A stretch of 64,000 nucleotides of DNA from a virus (Duplodnaviria > Caudoviricetes). Where the stretch lies: positions 12,441 through 76,440 of IMG/VR virus record IMGVR_UViG_2534682207_000010. One strand, written 5' to 3'. Below, in pieces: positions 49,701 through 58,246 of the stretch. Both the position numbers and the translations under genes were made by a program. Under the pieces are notes generated by a model, which saw only the letters and a list, made by a program, of their open reading frames with translations, was not told the origin of the DNA and did no database searches. Every line of letters starts with the position of its first letter. The first letter of the stretch is position 1.

Positions 49701-52187
49701 TCTTTGATTAATGGAACTGGAAAGGCCTTTGAATTCATGGCCAAGGTATTAAATGCGATACCTGAATCCATGCTTTCGGGATTAACAACAGCATTTTTAA
49801 GCTTTTTCGCCGCCTTTAAAACTTATGAAATGGTGGTAAAGGCTGGTGGATTAATAACAGCGTTTGCGAATAACATTAAATTCTTTGGTAGTTTACTTCC
49901 TGGCATCGTTAACTCTGGCCCAATATTGCAAAATTTGGCATCTGCGCTGGGACCATCTGCGTTAGGTGGTATTGCGTTTACCGTAATAGCTGGAGGATTA
50001 TTGCTGATTGCACAGCACATTATGAAAGTTACTGATGCATCTGCAAAAAGTTCAGCAATAGGCCAATTTTCACAGGCTCTTAGTGATTTGAATGATGAAG
50101 TATCACAAAAAACAAACCAAATTAACACAAGCTTGGATAATACAAGAAATGCTGTTGAAACCGCTGGTGTGGCAGAAGCACAGGTAGCAAGGGATTTGGC
50201 GAAAGAGTATAATGAGCTGTCCGATAAAGCCTCTTTAAGTGCAGGCGAGAAAGAACGGTTAAAGCAGGTATCAGACGACCTTGTGGATATTATTCCTAAT
50301 TTAAGTAAATATATTGATGATGAAACAGGGTATTTAGATATTCAGAAAGAGTCATTGGATGCAGTAATACAAGGATATGAAAGCCTCGCACAAAAGCAGG
50401 CCGCACAAGAATACCTTGTTGAAGCATACAAAAATCAGTACGAAGCACAAAACAATGTCAACAAAGCTATTGACGAGTATAATAAGGCATTTGATAATTA
50501 CTTAAAACAGGCAGGGATTGCTCCCCAGGTTATTAAGCAGATTGCTGATGGACAGTTAGATATAAATCAGGCGTATGTAGATTTTCAGAATAGTCCTAAT
50601 GCTTTTGCAGAGAAATATGGGGTACAGGATGTTGCTACGCTAAAAAAGGCTCTTGAGGGATTAAGAAAGGAAACAGAGGAATATAATATAAATCTGAAAA
50701 ATGCTAAAGACACACAAGAGAAAGCGGAGTATCAATTAGATTCCATGAAAAGTACCATTGATGAATGTACTCAAAAGGAAAAAGAAGCTATAGAAACAGA
50801 AAAGGCAGGCATATTGGCATCTAACGAATATAAACAATCCTTACGTGACTTGAATACGGAATTTTGCAATTTGGATTTAAATCTATCGGAAGATTTCATG
50901 CAAAATTTAGCTTTGGATAAGAACTTTGACATTACTCCAATTCAAGAATTTTTTAAATCTTTGGCGGAGGGTGTACAAGCATCTGGAAGTGAAGTGCAAA
51001 GTGCTTTTGAGAGTTTAGGATTATCATTGCCCAAAGAATTAGCAAATGCCATTGCTAAAATGGAACCGGAAGCCCAAACGGAAGTTACAAAGATGCTTAT
51101 GCAAATCAAAAGTGGTGCTGAAGTCCAGACACCGGAAATAAAATCATTGTTTGAGAAAATTGGTTATGATTTACCAGATGCAATAGTGAAGAACTTTTCA
51201 GAAAAAGAACCCACGGTGCAGAATTCAACAATAGATTTGCTTGCCGGAATACAAAATGGGCACAGTTTGACCGAAGGACATTTAATTGAATTATTCGCTG
51301 GGTTGGGAGTGAAAGTTCCAGAAGCTTTAATAGAACAGTTGGGTGATTCAAAAACAAGTGCCGAAGTACAGGCTAAGGCAGTTGAGTTATTGGCACAAAT
51401 TTCATCAGCAGAAGAATCAGAGCGTCCTGGACTTATTGAAAAACTTAAGACGCTTGGAATTGATGGGGCTGATAGTCTGGCTGAAGGAATAAAAAGTGGT
51501 CAAAGTACAGTAGAGACTGAAACTAAAAATCTTGCTGGTGTAGCTAAAACCACCATGAATAATGAGTTTAATCCAAATGATAAAGGAGTTGGTTCTCTTT
51601 ATGATGCTGGAGCCAATGCAAGTAAGGGATTCTGGCAGGGAATGAAGGACTGGTGGGATGATTCGTGGCTTGGAAGAAAGGTTGATGAATTAAAGGAAAC
51701 TGTAACTGGAAAGAGGGGATTGGATGAACATAGCCCTTCCAAAATTATGGGACAGTATGGTGCATTTGCCGGTATTGGATTTAATAATGAGTTTAGTGCT
51801 GAAATGGACAAAACCGTGCCTATGATAGAACATTGGATAGATTCTATGAAATCCACGTTAAGCGGGTATCATATAGCCTTTCCTGGTTCTAATTTTACTT
51901 ACACATTAGGTAATGATTTATTGAATCAATATGCTATGGCACCAAAGGTATCCTTGCCAAGCTTTAACACTGGTTCTATCAACATGGATTACACAGCAGA
52001 ATTGACAGCAAGCTTAAAAGACTCTAATGCGGAATTGCTTTATGAATTGAAGCGAAATAATGATTTGCTTGAACAGCTTGTAGAAAAACCTGTAATTGAC
52101 GAAAATGGAATCTATAATGCTACACGCAGAGGCGTATCGAGACATTTTGCGCAAACCGGAAAGACAGGATTTAAAGGTATAGACTGA
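46743..52187 (+). CDS. tape measure protein
   Basis: About 1814 aa, repetitive Ala/Gly-rich helices, DEHSPSK motif near C-terminus. Confidence 0.92.
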   Translation: MSDVIDDLKVQIDASTQSADAKLDKFIAKMMKLQSTITGLEMSNVSNIASGINQISASIQNFNNRTKTADFSRVATGMNKLATVDAQGVAATAQAMSTFAANMMGLNDVHVDSDGISNIANAISKLGRATVTEATQNLEFLKTSMKDFITGMNGAGSLTFDANGLVSLVNSVSRLGSTNATQSVKNLPQISTALRGFITSMNTVGSVAFDFAGLNNLVSNITRLGGAKATQAATNLKPIKDQILRFVSGLNGIGSLSFDTTSLANLVSSITKLGGKAATTAIPNIQALGTALTQLMATLSHAPAVSQNLIQMTTALANLAGNGSRVSSASTAMYRGLNLYSSSASRATKATKGLVSQIGMFYAKCFLLIRGAKALWKATESSMDYIETLNYFDAAWGQVAGNAAGEWKKAGYESAEAYAKSFSERAKALTGKMTGFQPDAYGNLIATGMPSLGLDPEKLMNYQATFGQMASSMGVASETALKLSNALTMIGADLASVKNLKFEDVWQDMASGMVGMSRTLDKYGVNIRNVNLQEKLYELGIDAKIAKLGQQDKALLRTIILLQSTKYAWGDMADTIGQPANQLRLLQANFANLARTIGNLLLPIVSKVLPYINALVIAIQRLFSWIGGLLGIKIGGFSSSVGSAATDFGDMEDAADGIADSTGDAAKNTKKMADNLQEFDTLNVINSQKDSGSGGSGSGGGAGGLLDDAFNDAFAEYQLAWDKAFANMENSAQELADKITRAFQRIWEAAEPTRESLKRLWNEGLARLGDFTWTALKDFWSEFLVPVGKWTLGTGLPMLVDNINAFLMKIDFPAINDALRNFWQALTPFATKVGEGLIEFFGDLLSIGADFINFTVPNGINRVAEALRKISPDTAEKIGYALGVVATGIMGFKTIDVAVKGVKNIYSPLQKLFKLVGPMKYVAIAGGIAGLVFALDKFGVIDVNWSVLATGFKNLASALGKFVSGIGQGLINFIKGITPIVSPTLESLINGTGKAFEFMAKVLNAIPESMLSGLTTAFLSFFAAFKTYEMVVKAGGLITAFANNIKFFGSLLPGIVNSGPILQNLASALGPSALGGIAFTVIAGGLLLIAQHIMKVTDASAKSSAIGQFSQALSDLNDEVSQKTNQINTSLDNTRNAVETAGVAEAQVARDLAKEYNELSDKASLSAGEKERLKQVSDDLVDIIPNLSKYIDDETGYLDIQKESLDAVIQGYESLAQKQAAQEYLVEAYKNQYEAQNNVNKAIDEYNKAFDNYLKQAGIAPQVIKQIADGQLDINQAYVDFQNSPNAFAEKYGVQDVATLKKALEGLRKETEEYNINLKNAKDTQEKAEYQLDSMKSTIDECTQKEKEAIETEKAGILASNEYKQSLRDLNTEFCNLDLNLSEDFMQNLALDKNFDITPIQEFFKSLAEGVQASGSEVQSAFESLGLSLPKELANAIAKMEPEAQTEVTKMLMQIKSGAEVQTPEIKSLFEKIGYDLPDAIVKNFSEKEPTVQNSTIDLLAGIQNGHSLTEGHLIELFAGLGVKVPEALIEQLGDSKTSAEVQAKAVELLAQISSAEESERPGLIEKLKTLGIDGADSLAEGIKSGQSTVETETKNLAGVAKTTMNNEFNPNDKGVGSLYDAGANASKGFWQGMKDWWDDSWLGRKVDELKETVTGKRGLDEHSPSKIMGQYGAFAGIGFNNEFSAEMDKTVPMIEHWIDSMKSTLSGYHIAFPGSNFTYTLGNDLLNQYAMAPKVSLPSFNTGSINMDYTAELTASLKDSNAELLYELKRNNDLLEQLVEKPVIDENGIYNATRRGVSRHFAQTGKTGFKGID

Positions 52188-52193
52188 TACGTG

Positions 52194-52222
52194 TTGAAAA
52201 TCCCCTTTCTGCATGGTATAAT
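52194..52222 (+). promoter_or_regulatory. sigma-A type promoter of inserted island
   Basis: TTGAAA-17bp-TATAAT 30 nt before ATG 52252. Confidence 0.7.
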
Positions 52223-52251
52223 TTGAGTATCATAACAGGGAGGGGTTAAGC

Positions 52252-52821
52252 ATGAAAAAGGGAATAACATTCGCATTTATTGTAGCTATGACATTAATAA
52301 TGAATATGCCTGCCTATGCAGGAGAATGGAAACAAGATTCAAGTGGTTGGTGGTATCAGAATGATGATGGAAGTTACCCTTCTAACCAGTGGAAGGAGAT
52401 TGAAGGAAAGCAGTATTATTTTGACCAATCAGGTTACAAACTTGTGAATGCTATCACGCCAGACGGAAGATTGGTTGATGGAAACGGAGTACTGATAGTC
52501 TATAATAATGGTTCTTACCAATCCATTTTGGATTACTATACCGTAAAAATCAAGGCAGCGACACCTGGCTTGATAGCTGAATATAAAACAGAAGCGGAAA
52601 ATAATACAAACGGATTGATGGGATTGGCAGAAATATCCAACAATAAAGTATTAGCATTGGCTGAAATATCCAATGAGGGTGTTAGAGAGATGGCAGATTT
52701 ACTATTTAGAGTAGGTTCTGGAAAATATAGTGAATATGAAGAGTGGGCCGGAAAACTATATGATGTTTATTCTGATGAAGCCGATAAAATATATGACGTG
52801 TACATGAACTCTGCTTTATAG
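52252..52821 (+). CDS. secreted protein with cell-wall-binding repeats
   Basis: Signal peptide ending AYA; WKQDSSGWWYQ...KQYYFDQSGY repeats. Confidence 0.8.
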   Translation: MKKGITFAFIVAMTLIMNMPAYAGEWKQDSSGWWYQNDDGSYPSNQWKEIEGKQYYFDQSGYKLVNAITPDGRLVDGNGVLIVYNNGSYQSILDYYTVKIKAATPGLIAEYKTEAENNTNGLMGLAEISNNKVLALAEISNEGVREMADLLFRVGSGKYSEYEEWAGKLYDVYSDEADKIYDVYMNSAL

Positions 52822-52871
52822 TCAGAATTCCGTGTCTGTGTAATGTATCTTTATTATACTAGGAGAATAAA

Positions 52872-53519
52872 ATGGCCCTTATAAAATGCCCAGAATGTGG
52901 GAAAGATGTATCTGAAAGGGCATCTTGCTGTCCAAATTGCGGATATCCGATTAACGAATTAAGTAAAAATGATAATCTTGAGCCATTAGTTGGGATATCA
53001 ATCGAGGATTCCAACGTTCTTTACTATAATTCAAAAAATTTAGAGATAGAACAATACGGCAAACAGCTTGTTAAAGATGGTCTTTCTTCTTTTCTTGTGA
53101 CTGATGTTATAAAAGATACAAGTCCAGCTCTTTTAATTGGACATAACAAATTAACAAAAACAATAATTGCAAAGATAACTGCTCAAAATGAAAGTCAATT
53201 AAGGCAATTTAAACAGTGTTATGATGTTTGCAAACAGACAGTAATAACTTCACAATCGCCTTCTAAAGTAATTGACAAGAAACAAAAATGTTGTCCTCAA
53301 TGTAAAGGTACTAATTTGCAATATTTGGGAAATGAAAATATGGGAAGTAGAGAAGCAAAAACAAAAATTACAACGGGTTTAAACCTCAATCCACTAAAAC
53401 CGTTTACCTTATTCAACCATAAAGAGAAAATAGTAAAAAAAGAAAAACCAGGTATAGATTTTGATAGATGGCGTTGTCAGGATTGTGGAAAAGTATTTAC
53501 GACTATTAAACAACAATAA
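52872..53519 (+). CDS. zinc-ribbon domain protein
   Basis: MALIKCPECGKDVSERASCCPNCG plus C-terminal CPQC/CQDC. Confidence 0.8.
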   Translation: MALIKCPECGKDVSERASCCPNCGYPINELSKNDNLEPLVGISIEDSNVLYYNSKNLEIEQYGKQLVKDGLSSFLVTDVIKDTSPALLIGHNKLTKTIIAKITAQNESQLRQFKQCYDVCKQTVITSQSPSKVIDKKQKCCPQCKGTNLQYLGNENMGSREAKTKITTGLNLNPLKPFTLFNHKEKIVKKEKPGIDFDRWRCQDCGKVFTTIKQQ

Positions 53520-53664
53520 ATAGCAAGTCGATGAAACGCAGTAAAATCAGCTCAAGCGGAATAAGGAAAAACACGCCGGGAAAATTATTGCAAGTCGCGA
53601 GCTTTTGTGATAATATATATAATTATCTCTAAAATTAATCGTTGAAGAAAGGAGCTGCCTAACC

Positions 53665-56600
53665 ATGAGCGAAGAATTGATACAACGAGATTTAGTGGCG
53701 GCTCCCGACCATATAGGACCATGGGACTATTACAACATAGGCGCAACTACATTAAAAGCCCTTAAAGCAGCTAAGATTATCCCCAAGAAAGATTATGCGG
53801 AATTTGAAACAAAGAAACCTGACGCGCTTATTGTTAAAAAGCCTGTTATTGTTGCGGCTATTGAGTATAAGCAACCAAGCGAATTAAAGACAAAGAAGCA
53901 AATTACGGATGCCATACAGCAGGAAATAGGTACGGCACAGGCGCTTAATGCCAAGGTATATATAGTTACAGACGGGAAAAAGACCTTTTGGATTAACCCA
54001 CTTACTGGGAATCCTATTTTGGCCGATAGCGGAGAGCCAGTCACAACGAAATTCAATCAAAATTCCGATGAATGCGTTAAACTGATAAGTAAAATACTGT
54101 CGTCCATTAGCAAAGACAACGACACTTTACTTGTGTCGTCGATAGTTGACCCGTTGCCTTTGGCGCAGCAGGTATGGCAAGATTTGTGGGCTGTTTCGGG
54201 CGCAACTCCCGAAAACTGCCTATATACTTTTGTAGAAGTCTTTATTTTCAAATACCTTAGTGATTTAGGCGTATTACCGGTTATGTACTCATTCAACAAC
54301 TTGCTTACGCAGTACGGAAATAACAGCGACAACGAAGTGCTGGAATTTTATGCAAAGTCTGTGCGCCCTAAAATAAAGGAATTATTTCCCGGAAACCCAA
54401 AAGATAAGACTACAATTATTAACGGTACCATATTTGTATCCAAGGACGATAAGGCCGTTGACGGGTATGCCGTAGTATTCAAGAAGATATTGGAGCGCTT
54501 TGAGAAGTTTGGAACCCTTGAAAACATTGATTATGACTTCAAAAGCAAACTATTTGAAACTTTTCTTAAGGAATCAATAAGCAAGAAGAATTGGGGACAG
54601 TTTTTCACCCCCTTAAAAGTTGTACGATCAATCGTTAGTATGGCGGATATTCGACCCGGTATGAGTATATGTGACCCCGCTTGCGGCGTTGGCAAATTTC
54701 TGCTGGAACCGATACTTCACGACTTGAGCCGTTATTACAAAATTGAGGACGGTAGACTAAAACCGCAGATTACCCTTTCGGGCTTTGATAAAGGTTTTGA
54801 CAAGGACGAGCAAAAAACGATTATTCTTGCTAAGGCTAATATGCTTATTTATCTGTCTGCGCTTATCCGTGAAAATCCGAGCCTGACTGTTGATTTCGCT
54901 AATTTATTTAACGATACCTTTTTGCTACAAACCAACTCTATTTTGGGAACGCTTGCCCATCCGATAGAAAATGCATACGACCTTATTTTGACGAACCCAC
55001 CGTATGTCATGAATGGAAGTAGCAACCTGAAAGATGAAATTGCAAAACAGGACGAACTAAAGCGTTATTTCTCCATAAGTGCCATGGGAATTGAGGGCTT
55101 GTTTATGGAGTGGATTGTTCGTGCCATAAAACCTGGCGGAAAGGCCTTTGTCGTTGTCCCAGATGGCATAATGAACCGTAGCAATGACAGGCGTTTGCGC
55201 GACTTCATTCTTGAAGAATGTGACATTGATGCAGTTATTTCATTGCCGATAAACACTTTCTTTACCACGAACAAAAAGACCTACATTCTTGCCGTGACAA
55301 AGAAAGTCCCCGTAATGCGCGACGGCATAGAGGTAAAAGACCGGCAAACAAGCCGTGTATTCACTTACCTATGCTCTGAAATAGGCGAAACTCGCGATGT
55401 TTACCGCTTTGACTTGGAACAAAACGATCTTGCAGAAGCCGCAGGACTGTACAATATGTTCAAGGGTTCAAGGGATTATTTCAAGACCAACGATAAGCGT
55501 TGTAAAGTTGTGGATATTGATGCATTCTATACAGGGGCGCATTGGTCTGTTGAACGTTGGTGGACGCACGAAGAACGCATAGAATTAGGCATTGAGGAAG
55601 AAGCCGAAAGTGTGACCCCGGAAGAAATGGGGGCGCTTTTGGGAGATTTAGCGAATACACTACTTGAATACCAAGATATGTTTATCTTAGGTGGTCAAAA
55701 AAAAAAGAGTGAACTAACCCACAAAACTGTTAAGCTAACAGACGATAGCTTATTTTCGCTTATTTCGGGCGGCATAGGGAAAAATCGGACTCAATTACAG
55801 GCTATTGACACGCATAGTAAATCAGATATACCTGTTTATACTGCCGCACAAAAGCCCGTAGCATATATTTCACCACTTAAGGGGAAAATACCAATAGAAG
55901 CAAGCGAAGAAAACCCCTTGCTTTCATTTGCAACTAATGGAGATGGTTCCGCCGGCAGAAATTTTGTAGTGCATACAGTCCCGTTTTATTTGAATGTCGA
56001 TAGAATAGTTATCGCGTTGAAAGACAATCAACTAATTCTGCCATACCTTTACGCGCAGATTTCTGACATAAAGAAAAAATACGGATTTAACCATAGTTTC
56101 AAGGCAAACCGACATAATCTTGAAAATGTAACGCTTTCAATCCCTGTTACGGAAAGCGGCGATTATGACATTGAAGCGCAAAAAGATATTGCGACACAAT
56201 TTGAACTCGTCGGACAACTAAAAGATGAAATCAGAAAGCAACGGGAGCATATCCGCTCTGTTAGTGTTGAAGTCGATTTGAGCGGCTATTCAATGGTGTA
56301 TAAGCCTATTACAGATTTGTTTACAGTTGAACGTGGGAGTGGTAGATACACAAAGGCCTATACGCAAAAGCATTTAGGCAAATATCCTTTGTACTCGGGC
56401 AATACGTTTGGGGAATTTGCATTCATTGACAGTTACGACTATGACACACCCTGTTTGACGTGGGCAATAGACGGTTTAGCCGGATATATGATGGTACATA
56501 AAACCCCGTTTTCAGCGACCAACCACAGGGGAATTTTATTGCCAAAAACAGCGGATATAGACATTGACTATATCAAATTTGCGCTTCAACCCCTTTTAAG

Positions 56601-56826
56601 GGAAGCAAAAAAAGGGCGCATCGGAGATAATGGTGAAAACGAATATACTTCTTTGCCGCCGTTTATGCTTAAGGAAGTCGAAGTTGGTATTCCTGTTGAT
56701 GAAACAGGGAAAATTAGCATAGAATTACAACGTGAAATCGCGTCGTCTTACCTTGCCATTGAGCAATATAGACATGAGGTGTTAGGCAAGCTGGACGCAC
56801 TTCTAAATCAAAGTATTGAGTATTAA
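53665..56826 (+). CDS. fused restriction-modification enzyme (nuclease + N6-adenine MTase + two specificity domains; type IIG/I-like)
   Basis: KPDALIV...IEYK PD-(D/E)xK, GQFFTP, CDPACGVGKF, NPPY, two HsdS-like TRD repeats. Confidence 0.88.
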   Translation: MSEELIQRDLVAAPDHIGPWDYYNIGATTLKALKAAKIIPKKDYAEFETKKPDALIVKKPVIVAAIEYKQPSELKTKKQITDAIQQEIGTAQALNAKVYIVTDGKKTFWINPLTGNPILADSGEPVTTKFNQNSDECVKLISKILSSISKDNDTLLVSSIVDPLPLAQQVWQDLWAVSGATPENCLYTFVEVFIFKYLSDLGVLPVMYSFNNLLTQYGNNSDNEVLEFYAKSVRPKIKELFPGNPKDKTTIINGTIFVSKDDKAVDGYAVVFKKILERFEKFGTLENIDYDFKSKLFETFLKESISKKNWGQFFTPLKVVRSIVSMADIRPGMSICDPACGVGKFLLEPILHDLSRYYKIEDGRLKPQITLSGFDKGFDKDEQKTIILAKANMLIYLSALIRENPSLTVDFANLFNDTFLLQTNSILGTLAHPIENAYDLILTNPPYVMNGSSNLKDEIAKQDELKRYFSISAMGIEGLFMEWIVRAIKPGGKAFVVVPDGIMNRSNDRRLRDFILEECDIDAVISLPINTFFTTNKKTYILAVTKKVPVMRDGIEVKDRQTSRVFTYLCSEIGETRDVYRFDLEQNDLAEAAGLYNMFKGSRDYFKTNDKRCKVVDIDAFYTGAHWSVERWWTHEERIELGIEEEAESVTPEEMGALLGDLANTLLEYQDMFILGGQKKKSELTHKTVKLTDDSLFSLISGGIGKNRTQLQAIDTHSKSDIPVYTAAQKPVAYISPLKGKIPIEASEENPLLSFATNGDGSAGRNFVVHTVPFYLNVDRIVIALKDNQLILPYLYAQISDIKKKYGFNHSFKANRHNLENVTLSIPVTESGDYDIEAQKDIATQFELVGQLKDEIRKQREHIRSVSVEVDLSGYSMVYKPITDLFTVERGSGRYTKAYTQKHLGKYPLYSGNTFGEFAFIDSYDYDTPCLTWAIDGLAGYMMVHKTPFSATNHRGILLPKTADIDIDYIKFALQPLLREAKKGRIGDNGENEYTSLPPFMLKEVEVGIPVDETGKISIELQREIASSYLAIEQYRHEVLGKLDALLNQSIEY

Positions 56827-56898
56827 ATCAATATGACGTTGTATTTTGAAGAGGTTGCGAAGAAAGTAAAATAACTTTGAAATGAAAGTTAATATGCA

Positions 56899-56941
56899 AA
56901 AAAGTACCCACTCTGTTTATAATAGGGCGGGTACTTTTTTA
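56899..56941 (+). terminator. intrinsic terminator after RM gene
   Basis: AAAAAGTACCC...GGGTACTTTTTT. Confidence 0.7.
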
Positions 56942-56961
56942 ATCAAAAAGAGGGTTTAATT

Positions 56962-57554
56962 CCCCGCAGCTTGCTGCGTAACAAACTTTTTCAAGACATG
57001 GAGGAAGTGATATACTAGAGGAAAAAGGAAAGGAGAAATTGTGCGATGAGTGAAACAATACGCAAGTCACACAATGTATCAGTATTTATGTATCATTTCG
57101 TATGTCCAGCAAAATATAGAAGAGTAGTAATAGATGAAGATGTAGATAGGGTAATCAAAGAAACGTGTGAGGGAATTCAGGAAAGGTATGAAATAAGATT
57201 TTTGGAAGTAGGTACAGATAAAGACCATGTACATTTTCTTATCCAGTCAGTGCCTACATATAGTCCAAAAAAAATCATCCAAATAGTGAAGAGCATCATA
57301 GCCCGGGAGGTGTTCGCGAAATGTCCACAAGTGAAGAAAAAATTGTGGGGAGGAGAATTCTGGACAGATGGCTATTACGTAGCAACGGTGAGTGAACATG
57401 GGAATGAGCAAATCATAAGTAGATATGTGAAAGAACAGGGACAGGAAAAAAATTGTAAAACAATCTATAAAAACGTAGAGAAAACAAAGCAGTATAGCAT
57501 ATGGGATTATATGTAGAGGTTGCAACCTTCGATACCCCGCAGCTTGCTGCGGGG
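56962..57554 (+). mobile_element. IS200/IS605-family element (IS200 type); outer ends approximate
   Basis: Subterminal hairpins CCCCGCAGCTTGCTGCG at 56962 and CCCCGCAGCTTGCTGCGGGG at 57535 flank tnpA. Confidence 0.85.
57046..57516 (+). CDS. tnpA: IS200 Y1 HUH transposase
   Basis: YHFVCPAKYRR, DHVHFLI (HUH), FWTDGYYVATV. Confidence 0.95.
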   Translation: MSETIRKSHNVSVFMYHFVCPAKYRRVVIDEDVDRVIKETCEGIQERYEIRFLEVGTDKDHVHFLIQSVPTYSPKKIIQIVKSIIAREVFAKCPQVKKKLWGGEFWTDGYYVATVSEHGNEQIISRYVKEQGQEKNCKTIYKNVEKTKQYSIWDYM

Positions 57555-57593
57555 TAGTTCATTAAGGTAAGATAAATTGCGCCAATTGATTAA

Positions 57594-57665
57594 AGTAGCA
57601 ATATGCGTGATTACGCCGATGCTTGTTTCCGTTACTTAAGATATACAGGACTAATTTCTACATTA
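57594..57665 (+). pseudogene. possible short fragment of an AlwI-family restriction endonuclease gene
   Basis: Translates SSNMRDYADACFRYLRYTGLIS, a motif recalled from AlwI-family enzymes; unverified. Confidence 0.3.
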
Positions 57666-57669
57666 TTTT

Positions 57670-57712
57670 ATCTTTGCCACAAATGCCACCCTGGATATGT
57701 TAAAATGGTATT
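57670..57712 (+). promoter_or_regulatory. putative late promoter, copy 2
   Basis: 39/43 identical to 37591-37633; sits before distal tail genes, after the island. Confidence 0.65.
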
Positions 57713-57828
57713 GTTTAGAAGAATGTCATATTAAATAAGTTTCATAAGTTTAAAAGTGATAAAATCTATAGTGATAGAAATATGATAACACCTGGGTAAT
57801 CCTGGGTGTTTTTGTTTGCTAAGAGGGG

Positions 57829-58233
57829 ATGATTATGGCTTTTGAAGGATGGCTGTTAAAAATAAATGGAAAGACGTTCCCCACCAGACTTATTGCGGCT
57901 GAATCCCTAAAAATCACTCCAGACCAGATAATGGATTTAGACCCATATCGAGATGCGGATGGAGTATTGCATCGGACTGCGCTTCCACACACGGCTACCT
58001 CAATCGAATTCACAACAACTGCCTTGTATTTGAAAGATGCGGAAATACTTAATTCCTTCTTATCGCATGACAACAGGGTGAAATGTCAAGTTGAATATTG
58101 GAATCCTAATACGTCCTCGTATGCTTCGGGGGCGTTTTATATTGCTGATGTGCCATACGAATTTTATATGGTTGATGAAGAGAAAAATGAGATTTTGTAC
58201 AAGCCAATTAAGGTAACATTTACAGAATATTAG
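57829..58233 (+). CDS. distal tail protein (Dit-like)
   Basis: Position; D.DPYRDADG.LHR pattern. Confidence 0.72.
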   Translation: MIMAFEGWLLKINGKTFPTRLIAAESLKITPDQIMDLDPYRDADGVLHRTALPHTATSIEFTTTALYLKDAEILNSFLSHDNRVKCQVEYWNPNTSSYASGAFYIADVPYEFYMVDEEKNEILYKPIKVTFTEY

Positions 58234-58246
58234 GTGGTGATAATAG

